In this document: positions 51,684 to 62,230 of the stretch, one piece after another
How positions within the stretch are numbered: position 1 is the stretch's first letter
Layout: each line of letters opens with the position of its first letter
Assembly (NCBI GenBank): GCA_002269645.1
Contig: NIVC01002653.1
Location: 1 to 64,000, forward strand
Direction: 5' to 3'
Source: Macrostomum lignano
Taxonomy: Eukaryota
DNA length: 64,000 bases
Notes under the pieces: model-generated
Database searches by the model: none
Told to the model about the DNA's origin: nothing
The model's input: the letters and a program-made list of their open reading frames with translations, nothing else
Program-made: the position numbers and the translations under genes

Positions 51684-52009
51684 GATCTCCGGACAGTACA
51701 AACTGGAGATGCCAATTGGAATGAAATCTACGTTGAATGACACTGAAAGGCAGCATATACTACTCATAGTAAAACTACTTCAATAAATTTACTCAAGTAC
51801 ATTTTAACTTGTTTAGTAGAACTATCAGCTGCGTACAACCTACAGGAAGCAAGTTGAATTAAAAAACACGCTTGCATACTTTTATTCAGTAATTCCGCGC
51901 CTAAATTTAAAAATCATTATGCGATTGCCAGTATACTTTATTACCGCCATTGACCTGGCTTCTGTTTGACTTTGAGCTCAATATAATTACGTAATTTCTG
52001 CTCTTTGGA

Positions 52010-52637
52010 CATAGGCGTACGAACGGGGGGGACAGTGGGGCTATGCCCCTCCACATTTTAAATGCAAAATGTAGACTTTTTGCTTATTTTTTACTCTTAT
52101 TTTTTATTTTTGCTGCTTTGCATGAATGCATTTTGCTGCAGGGCGACAAAACATAGCGCCTGTGGCGCTAAAATGAGTGCCTGCGGCGCCAAAATGGGTG
52201 CCTGCGGCGCTAAAATGAGTGCCTGCGGCGCCAAAATGAGTGCCTGCGGCGCCAGAATGAGTGCCTGCGGCGCTAAAATGAGTGCCTGCGGCGCTAAAAT
52301 GAGTGCCTGTGGCGCCAAAATGGGTGCCTGCGGCGCCAAAATGAGTGCCTGCGGCGCTAAAATGAGTGCCTGCGGCGCCAAAATGAGTGCCTGCGGCGCT
52401 AAAATGAGTGCCTGCGGCGCCAAAATGAGTGCCTGCGGCGCCAGAATGAGTGCCTGCGGCGCTAAAATGAGTGCCTGCGGCGCTAAAATGAGTGCTGACA
52501 ACACCGATTCTGAAAATAATCGGTACATGATAGTGTGCATTTTCCATATAAATGCGTGCATCCTGTGCGCCCCCCCCCCCTATATCCGCCACCAAACCTG
52601 CTCCACCACCACTTTTTGAAACGTTCCTACGCCTATG
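52010..52637. mobile_element. hAT-type non-autonomous element carrying an internal 21-bp minisatellite (GCCTGCGGCGCTAAAATGAGT, ~52160-52495)
   Basis: TIRs CATAGGCGTACGAACG...CGTTCCTACGCCTATG; perfect 8-bp TSD TCTTTGGA. Confidence 0.85.
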
Positions 52638-54822
52638 TCTTTGGAACTAAAAACGTTTCATTTAAAAAATATATGTTTATGCTCCTGGTGATTTTAACTC
52701 GTATGTTTCAATACTGGCCGATTACTCATCATAAGCGCTCAATATCGAGGTGCTTCATGTTAATTTAACCGTGAAATTGCCTAGCAATAGAGCTACGAAA
52801 TAGGGAAGCAGCTACAGATGTAGTTTGAGTCCAGTAACTGAGTCCTACAATATTCTCTATCACATGGCTGGATTCGGGTCAAAGGAATTCTGTAGGATCG
52901 AACAGTTTCTGCTAATCAATAAGACAAATGCCGTTTCTATGTCAGCTGCTCCCGCTGGTAAATGAGAAGCTATTACTCTCTAACCAGTTTTGTAGCTTCT
53001 AAAGTGTACCATAAGTTTAATGAAAATTGGTCAAAGCACAATGAATTTAACGACATCATGATTTAGGATCGTTTCCGGTCCCGTCGGTTCTGAGTCGTCC
53101 TTGGATTTTGGTCTTAGTACGACTCCGAGTGCACGTGAATAGTCAATAGACACGCTTGGATAATATCGTATGTAGCTTTTTAAAGTAGCCCACGTAGGTC
53201 AGAGTGAATTATATTCTCTACTTGCATCACTGCTTTTTGAATCATTTTAGTAGAGATGCAAAGGGGTACAGCAAGATCCCTTCTAGTTGTTCACTGTTGG
53301 CCCTGTGTGCAATGCAGATTACTTAACCTTGGACCTGCTATGTTAATCTTGGCTCGGTGCATGTCTGCCTCACTCTATATCACTACATGCTGTGCAACAC
53401 TTACTGCCAACATAGAGCCACTCATCCAAACCCACTGTGTGTTTTTTTAACATTTCGCTAACAACAGCTGTCCTGGACTTAATGCACAGTACGTGCAGCG
53501 CCGATTCGAAAGATGGAAAAAGCGACCCCAGTACCCGGTCCCACGCAAGCCGAGAGCGAAACAGAATAACAATATTGTTCCCACGAAGTTTGAAAAGCAT
53601 TTGGTTTTGTGTCTTTATCTACAGACAGAAGACTACAGAAGGTCATTGTAATATTCATACAATCTGCGCATCCGTCACTGTAGATAAAGGGAGATAGGAG
53701 AGCAAACTGATAAGGCCTGCTGCTGTAGTGGGTTGCAAAAGTCACAAGTGAAGAAAAGATTGCCAATTAGCACAGCTACCTGTGTCTGCGGTCTCTTTAT
53801 GACCCCGTCAGTTAAATATTTCGCATTGCAGACGGCCCAATGTCCAACTGCGACGCAATAATTAAAGCCCGATGCCTGATATCTGCGCACAGTCAGTCAT
53901 GTCGCATTTGTCGTTTGTAATGATTAAAAATTACACAATTCTACCAGCTTGTTATCACAGGTGCCAGTGGAAGGTTAAGAAGTTCAGCACGGATCTTAAG
54001 CCCTGAAAGGAAATGAGGCAGCTCTCTGCAACAAAACTGCCTTCTTCTGCTTCTGCCTGTGCCTGTGCCAGCTGTGCACTTTTGGCCAGCCAAGCGAATG
54101 GGAGGCGGCCGCGACAGAACAGATCGAAACTCCCCCAAAAAGCTGTGGAAACTCCCCAGTCACCAAGGCTGCACGTCCAAGTTCGTTCTTCCCCAGCCGC
54201 TCCCAACCGCCACGATCCAGATCCCGCCGCCCTTCACTCCAGAAGCTTTTTGGGGAATATTTGGAAATTGGGAGCGCTAGAGAGGATGAGGAGGAGAGAG
54301 GGAATTAAGAACGGAAAAGGTGTAGAGAGAAGATGTACACCCCGTCCCTGTGCTGTACACTCTACATTAGTACTGTCTTCCCACTCAGGCCTCTCTGTCT
54401 CTCTCTCTGTCTCTCCCCCACCCCAACTGCACCCCAAGCGATAAAATGGCAGACTGAAGGTTACTGAGGCCCCGCACGCCCCACAGTCCAATTCTGAAGC
54501 TAAAAAGGCCGCCTATACGAAGTTTCTCGTCTGTTTGTCAGGTCAGTCCTGCCCTATTGTTTGCCATATATCTCGAGGGTTGAGTCTCTCGATCGCTTTA
54601 CTCTACTCGCGACTGCTCAACAGGGCCTGAGCAGCCCATTTTTTACTCTCTCGTATTATTTTCTCATTTATTTTCCAAGGGTGAAGAAGTGAATTAGTTT
54701 AGGGGGCTTGGCACCTCGTTGCTAATATATGAGCTATATATATATATAAGCATTTCAAACGGCAGGAATAGTGCTGCACAGGTTAGTCAGAGTCTGCAAA
54801 CTACCGCTAGCAGCAGCGAAAG

Positions 54823-55056
54823 TATACTTTTCCAAACGGTAAGCCTCTCATTAGTGTCTGCTGTATACAGCAGGGGGCTATACTTTTCCAAACGGTAAGC
54901 CTCTCATTAGTGTCTGCTGTATACAGCAGGGGGCTATACTTTTCCAAACGGTAAGCCTCTCATTAGTGTCTGCTGTATACAGCAGGGGGCTATACTTTTC
55001 CAAATTGTAAGCCTCTCATTAGTGTCTGCTGTATACAGCATGGGGCTCTACTTTTC
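54823..55056. repeat. 56-bp tandem repeat x4, each with the 16-bp palindrome CTGCTGTATACAGCAG (one mismatch in copy 4)
   Basis: Direct; ends about 230 nt upstream of the phosphagen kinase ATG. Confidence 0.9.
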
Positions 55057-55282
55057 GCTTAGCTTATAAATTGAAAAAAATGAATAATTTTGTTTAAAAT
55101 CATGTTACTTATGATCACTCGTTTCTATAATACATCTGACATCATTACTTAATCTGACTCACCTTGAATTCCTTGATATATCTTTACACAGACAAGCAAC
55201 ATACATACCTATAATAAATAAATAAATAAATATATGTTTGTCTTATCTTAATTCCCACAGATTCAAAAGTCGTCAAATTAAA

Positions 55283-57333
55283 ATGGCCGCAGGTAAGCAT
55301 AATTAATATACCTTAACTGTTTTGAGTACCCTTAACCCATTCAACTTTGTATTTTACTCTAATGCTAAATTTTAAACCATCACCCGAACGCAGAGGAATA
55401 CACCGTTGTCATGGACCCCCGCCTTCTGGGCGAGGAGTTCCCCAAGATCTCGTCTAACAACAAGAGCATCATGGGCCAGTGCCTGACCGAGAAGATCTGG
55501 AAAGATCTCAAGGATCACAAGACCAAGACTGGCGAGTGGACTCTCAGGAAGGTATGAAGCTTTGAATGAAATTTACATCACCTTCTGTATAATGGTAGTC
55601 GCCCCTGTCTCTTTATTGGGCGCCCCTGTCTCTTTGTTGGGCGCCCCTGTCTCTTTGCTGGGCGCCCCTGTCTCTTGATGGGTGCCTCTGTGTTTTGGTG
55701 GGCGCCTCTGTTTCTTTGGTGGGCCCTCTGTGTCTTGGCTGTTACCCCTGTTTCTTGGTGTCCTGGTGCATGTAGGTATGGTGATGTGGTGCCCTTGACA
55801 CAGGTTTCATGAGTCGGTGATCCAGCATCCTCTGGTCTGCAACCTTTCCATCGCAGGCCATCAACACCGGCTTCGTCAACGAGGACTCGCTGGTCGGCTG
55901 TCACGCCGGCGACCTGGAGAGCTACACGGACTTCGCGGCCCTGTTCGACCCCGTCATCGAGAAGTACCACGGCGGCTACGGGCCCGACCGGAAGCACGTG
56001 ACCGACATGGACGCCGGCAAGCTGCGCGGCGACTTTGCCGAGAAGTCTAACATCAAGTCGACGCGAATCCGGGTTGCCCGCAACCTGTTCGGCTTCCCGC
56101 TGAACACGGCCGGCACCAAGGAGTCGCGCCTCGCCATCGAGGACCTGATGAAGCGCGTATTCGAGACGCTGACCGGCGACCTGGCGGGAACTTACTACTC
56201 CCTAGCCAGCCTCACCAAGGAGCAGCGCCAGCAGCTGGTTGACGACCACTTTCTGTTCAAGCCTGGAGACCGGTTCCAGGTCGCTTCCGGCTACCACGCG
56301 TAAGCTGACTTGCTGAGTTTTTGACCAACGCTTGCCAGCTAACAGGTGCTTACAGTAGGTCTCATTACCACGCAGTTCAAATTAGTTTAAATGAAAGGTC
56401 TGAACAGACTGAAAATATTGGTTTGGGCAACCTTTCATCAAGCGGTGACACATCTGTCTCTCGCGCCAAGTGTATGAAAAGTGGCCTGGGTCTTGGCGGA
56501 CGGGCCAACCCCCTAATGCAGTACACAGTACAGTACACTGTCTGTGCATCTGCCTGTGTACGTTCGTACGTATTTGTGTGCTTGAGCGTAACTCATCAGC
56601 GGAATGAATTTATGCATATCTGCCTTGAATTTCGGCGATTTGCAAAATTCTTCAATCTAATAATCTGCTATACCGTAGATATACTGAAAACAAAAAACTA
56701 ATTGATTTAAGTATCCATAGTTAATAGCTGTAATTTTTTAAGTCTACACTCGTATTTTGCTACTTAAAGTAGTTTAGTCAAACGTCGCTGAGCCGGATGA
56801 GCTGGAGAATGAATCTCATTTTCCTCACCCCGAATTTCAGCTTCTGGCCCGCCGGCCGCGGCATCTTCCACAACAAGGACAAGACCTTCCTGCTGTGGCT
56901 GAACGAGGGCGACCACATTCGCATCATCAGCATGCAGCAGGGCGGCGACGTCAAGGCCGTCTTCGAGCGCCTCTGCCGCGGCGTGAAGGCCATCGAGGAT
57001 GGCATTAAGAAGATCACGGGCAACGCGCAGGCCTTCCTCTGCACCGAGCACCTGGGCATGATCACCTGCTGCCCGTCCAACCTGGGCACCGGCCTGCGCG
57101 GCAGCGTGCACATCGTGCTGCCGCACCTGTTCAAGACCATGGGGCTGAAGAAGCTGGACGAGCTGGCGCGCAGCCTCGGCTGCCAGGTGCGCGGCACCCA
57201 CGGCGAGCACACGGAGATTGTGGACACCTGCGACATCTCCAACTTCCACCGCATCGGCCGGCCCGAGTACGAGCTGGTGCAGAACATGATCGACACCGTC
57301 AACAAGCTCAACGAGCTCGAGGCCAAGAAGTGA
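55283..57333 (+). CDS. Phosphagen (ATP:guanidino) kinase, arginine/taurocyamine-kinase family, single domain, 4 exons
   Basis: Exons 55283-55292, 55394-55551, 55857-56299, 56841-57333; motifs [67 protein letters not shown]; strong GC3 bias. Confidence 0.95.
55590..55800. repeat. ~20-bp degenerate minisatellite (GGGCGCCCCTGTCTCTTTGTT)
   Basis: About 8 units in kinase intron 2. Confidence 0.8.
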
Positions 57334-58045
57334 TGAGGCGGATAAGCTAGAGCAGAGAAGCTGTAGAAACTTTTCTGGACTCCGACTTTTGTCTCGCACT
57401 GGGGCCTGTTTATTTTCTGAACAAATTAGCTTATTATAAACTTACAAACGCTTGCCGAAACTGCCTGAGCACACCAGTTTCAACAGCGCTTTGCTCTTGC
57501 AGTGCGGCTTGCGCGCAGCTGATGGCACCAGCTGGCAAGCAGATGTCAAACCTGACCCCATCTTCTGTTCTCGTTAGCTTTCAGCACCCAACTCTCAACT
57601 TTTACTCTTGTATTCGAATAGTTGGTATTTTACTAAAACTGAAGGAGCTTTTAACCCGCAGAAGTTAACAGTTAGCGCCTGTAGACCTGTCTTATGCAGT
57701 CTTAATTTAATTCTTTCCTTGGATTCTGTCTGAAGCGAAAGCGCCTCTTCATTAGCTGTATTATCAAATTTTTTATTAGCACTTTTCACGCACGATTTTA
57801 AATGGATAAAATATAAGTTTACAGACATATTTTAAAAATAAATTATTCATTAACCAATCAAACTAGTAGATTCTTGGCGTCTAACAGATCATGTGTGTTT
57901 TGTTTTAATAATTTAAATTTTGTTTTACTTCTACAAGTAAACTTTCGTTTAAGAGTCTTTGTTGAAAATGTTTTAGAAACAAATTCTCTGCATATATAAA
58001 AGTTCAAGTTTTCATTGACGCGCAGGGTTCTCTGCTATCAACTGA

Positions 58046-61000
58046 TTACTTGGCAGCCCAGCTCGGATCCAGCGACACCTTCTTGGACAGCTGGGAGCGC
58101 ATCTCCGGCACCGAGTGGTAGAACAGCTGCCGGCCGGGGCACCGCACCGGGTTCTCCTTGACCCGCCGATTCACCTGGGTCATGATGTCCACCAGATGCT
58201 CTCGTTGGTACTCGCGCTCCAGCACGGTGCACAGAGTCTGGATGAAGATGGAGCCGCGGTGAGGCTCCCGGTAGGCCGCGCCGGTCTCGGTGTTGGCGTA
58301 GCAGAACAGAAAGTCGCTCTCGGTCGGGCAGAACAGCGAGTCTTTCACTGGCGCGGGCCCGCTAGTTGAGTCCGTGCTCACCGGCTGCACCTGGCTGAGC
58401 AGCTGCGAGCCGGCGCCGGCGCCACCCGTTGCTTCGGTGCGGCCGCCTCTGCAGGCCTGGACAAAGAAGATCTTCGGCTTGTGCTCCAGCCCGCTGCAGA
58501 TGTTCGCTTGGAATCGGGCGGCGAGGTATCTGGGCACGAAGATTCGGGGTCATCGATGGGCAAATCCGTTGATAAAATTATCTTAAAATTAACCTATCAA
58601 TAATCTATTATTAAATACTAATCATCGGTCATTATCCATTTACCATTAACCACTAATTATCCGCCACCAAGCATTAAGGAACAGCCACCGTTAACCACCA
58701 ACTAACAGCCACCAAACATTAAGGAACAGCCACCGTTAACCGCCAACTAACAGCCACTAAACATTAAGGAACAGCCACCGTTAACCACCAACTAACAGCC
58801 ACCAAACATTAAGGAACAGCCACCGTTAACCACCAACTAACAGCCACCAAACATTAAGGAACAGCCACCGTTAACCACCAACTAACAGCCACCAAACATT
58901 AAGGAACAGCCACCAAACATTAAGGAACAGCCACCAAACATTAAGGAACAGCCACCAAACATTAAGGAACAACCACCGTTAACCACCAACTAACAGCCAC
59001 CAAACATTAAGGAACAGCCACCAAACATTAAGGAACAGCCACCGTTAACCACCAACTAACAGCCACCAAACATTAAGGAACAGCCACCAAACATTAAGGA
59101 ACAGCCACCGTTAACCACCAACTAACAGCCACCAAACATTAAGGAACAGCCACCGTTAACCACCAACTAACAGCCACCAAACATTAAGGAACAGCCACCG
59201 TTAACCACCAACTAACAGCCACCAAACATTAAGGAACAGCCACCGTTAACCACCAACTAACAGCCACCAAACATTAAGGAACAGCCACCGTTAACCACCA
59301 ACTAACAGCCACCAAACATTAAGGAACAGCCACCGTTAACCACCAACTAACAGCCACCAAAATTAAGGAACAGCCACGTTAACCACCAACTAACAGCCAC
59401 CAAACATTAAGGAACAGCCACCGTTAACCACCAACTAACAGCCACCAAACATTAAGGAACAGCCACCGTTAACCACCAACTAACAGCCACCAAACATTAA
59501 GGAACAGCCACCAAACATTAAGGAACAGCCACCAAACATTAAGGAACAACCACCGTTAACCACCAACTAACAGCCACCAAACATTAAGGAACAGCCACCG
59601 TTAACCACCAACTAACAGCCACCAAACATTAAGGAACAGCCACCGTTAACCACCAACTAACAGCCACCAAACATTAAGGAACAGCCACCGTTAACCACCA
59701 ACTAACAGCCACCAAACATTAAGGAACAGCCACCGTTAACCACCAACTAACAGCCAACAAACAGCAGTCTTACAGTGCTAGAGGCCTAAGAACCCCATTC
59801 ATAAACCTATCATCAGTGGATCAGCCCCCCCCCCCATCACCCACAGAATCAGTAATCAGTCAATCAATCAATCATAAATCAACCCAGTGGCCAGGAAATT
59901 AGTCAGCAACCACTTGATCTCCAGAGCTCCCTCACTTGATCTCCAGCGGTCTCCCGTCGCAGCCGTAGATGGAGTCCGCAGTGCCGTGAGCCATCAGGAA
60001 GCAGACGAAGCAGCCGTGGTTTTGCAGCTCAGCCTGGTTGTTGGCCACCTCGTGCAGACAGTTGAGCACCCCGTTGACGCTCAGGTCCTGTCGCACCAGC
60101 ACGCGGAAGCGCAGCCTCTCGAAGAGTTGTCGAATTCGCTGCACGTCCAGCTCCGACCCGTCGCGGCATTCGAATTTCGAGCTTGGCGAATATTTGTTGA
60201 TGTTGATGACCAAACAGATGCCCTGCGGATCCGTCACTGGGTAGAAGTCGGCTGCTCGGTACCTGCATGGCGGGAGAGTTCGCCATTGAACTGATGGCGA
60301 ATCGAGTTTCACTTATATCTACGGGATCCTACAGGCGAAAGTAGCTCCTAGCTTTCTCATCTCTCTGATCCTTGAGGGTTCGCCCTCAGAAGCGTGAATC
60401 TCACGACAAGCTTTGACGTTATTTTCGTTCGCGAGCCCCAAATTAATGTGGACTCGAACCCCGGAGATCGACCGAGTACTGGCTAGACTTTGCGCTCTTG
60501 AGGTATAGGAGGGATAAGGACTATAAATAGCTGGTCAGATCCGCCTGTCTTTCAACACGAGGGGCTATTAAAAATCAGGTTTTCCTGTCTCAGGAGTCTC
60601 TTGATTTGGATCACTCACCGAAGCCGTGAACTGCGGCTCGAAGCCAAACCAGTGTTCGCATGAGGCTCGCCTTGATTGAATGAATCGGCAGCGACTTCCC
60701 GATCGAAACTTGAATGAAGAAGGACAAACGATTGAAAACAATCAGTTTCCCAAATTTATCTTAGGAAGCAAGGTTGGAGGTTTCTATCACATTTTTTGCA
60801 TGGACAACCAAAGCAGAAGTGCACTTACACTAATTGATAAATATTTCACCTTGTTCAGCCGCAAAGTTTCAGCCGTTACCGTCTGTTTACTGTGTACTTT
60901 CTCGACCGATTTTGTCTATGGCAAAAACCCATTCCGCGCTTTAACTTACTCTTAATAACAGAAACTGACAACTTCCGATCTTTTTGGCCTTTTACCATTG

Positions 61001-61951
61001 ACTGTCCACAAACGAACTTTTTATTAGGATGCAAAACTTACTCGCCATCCTCCTCCCCAGAGGCGATATCGTCCGACTCGAGCTGAGTTGATTGGCTGAA
61101 ATTGTTTTTTTAATGTTTCCTTTTTAGAATGCAGATAACCTGTGCAAAAGCCTTGTAGATATGATCGTTAAAATTTGTGTCAATTCACCTGGGCTCAACA
61201 TCAGTACTGAAGAAGTCTTTGCCTTGGAAGCTGCAATGAGAAAAATACTATCAATGAATATTAAAAGCATACAGAACTGCTTGTAAAAATCATACAAACA
61301 ATAGTTAATCTACCACAACTCCACTTCAACTCCACCTCAACTCCACCTCAACTCCACCTTAACTCTAACTCTAATCTACCTCTAATCTCCCTCTAATCTA
61401 CCTCAACTCCACCTCAACTCCACCGCAAACCCAGCATCACCTCTGCATCAGCTTCATCAGCTCAGCATTCCCTCCCTTGGCAGCGATGCTCTCCGCCGTC
61501 TCGCCATTTGCATTTTTTAGCTGCCAATTGGCGCCCAACTCGAGCAGCACTTGAGCAGTCTCCACTTTGCCAGCAGCTGCTGCCTCCATCAAAGCGGTCC
61601 CGCCGTCGCCGTCGGGACAGTTCACCCAGGCTCCGGCATCGACCAGCAGCCGGACCGCCTCGGTGGCCCCGGCGCCGGCAGCCGCGTGCAACGCCGTCCA
61701 ACCCGCCGTGTTGCTGGAGGTGGCATCCGCGCGGAGCTCATCGACCAGCTGGCGCAGCGAGTCGAGGCAAGCGGACGACTCGGCGCTGCGGCGGGCCAGG
61801 CAGCTCAGGCAGGTGTGAAACCACTGCAGGTGCGGCCAGTCGCAGTTGACGCGAGTGGCGAGGCGGAGAAATTCGGCGGGCGGTGCTCGATTGGCCAGCC
61901 TCATCAGCTCCTGGGCCTCCTGCTTCTCCTGCGGGATGCGGGCTGGGTTGC
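58046..61951 (-). CDS. Caspase (peptidase C14A) with an N-terminal ankyrin-repeat region; 5' end upstream of or beyond the Gypsy element
   Basis: Exons 61951-61441 (ANK repeats GWTALHAAA...GAWVN, GGTALMEAAA...GANW, GETAESIA), 60262-59936 (GICLVIN, RDGSELD, LMAHG), 58529-58046 (KPKIFFVQACRG, DFLFCYA, AYR...GSIFI); both junctions are phase 2 and in frame. Confidence 0.85.
58660..59762. repeat. 45-bp higher-order minisatellite of 24-bp (AACAGCCACCGTTAACCACCAACT) and 21-bp (AACAGCCACCAAACATTAAGG) subunits
   Basis: About 1.1 kb filling the caspase last intron. Confidence 0.95.
61318..61422. repeat. 11-bp minisatellite (CTCCACCTCAA)
   Basis: About 8 degenerate units next to the donor at 61440. 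Confidence 0.8.
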
Positions 61952-62001
61952 CTTAAAAGCAAGCAGAGGCTCACACAGGGTTTACAGCGGTCCAGACTTT
62001 C

Positions 62002-62214
62002 TGTGATAGCTTGGCCTGCGTGCGCGCTGGGGGCGGGGCTAGGTTGAGTTGTGTTGCTCTCTCTCTCTCTCTGCATGTACTTGCTAGCGCGGGTTGGGGG
62101 GTGCGGTGGGTATGCCGATCAATAACAAATAGTTTAATATAAAGCAGGCTTTTTAGCCGGTAAAGTTTTTCGTGCTTTTGAGCCAAAATAAAGTTTTGTC
62201 TTGACTTTATTTCA
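62002..62214 (+). repeat. Candidate 5' LTR of the Gypsy element
   Basis: Starts TG (left boundary tentative), ends CA one base before the PBS; contains ATATAAA (~62137) and AATAAA (~62187). Confidence 0.55.
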
Positions 62215-62215
62215 C

Positions 62216-62230
62216 TGGCGACGAGGATGG
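62216..62230 (+). other. Primer-binding site, tRNA-Ser(GCU)
   Basis: TGGCGACGAGGATGG is complementary to the 3' end ...CCATCCTCGTCG-CCA of eukaryotic tRNA-Ser(GCU), recalled from known sequences. Confidence 0.75.

Noticed and set aside
53370-54240. Coding-looking minus-strand fragments (SALHVLCIKSRTAVVSEMLKKH, ankyrin-like; LAQAQAEAEEGSF)
   Set aside because: Could not build a consistent exon chain or a second repeat; may be a decayed gene or chance
60300-60660. LTR- or TE-like segment with TATAAATAG in the caspase intron
   Set aside because: No defined termini, TSD or second copy in the window
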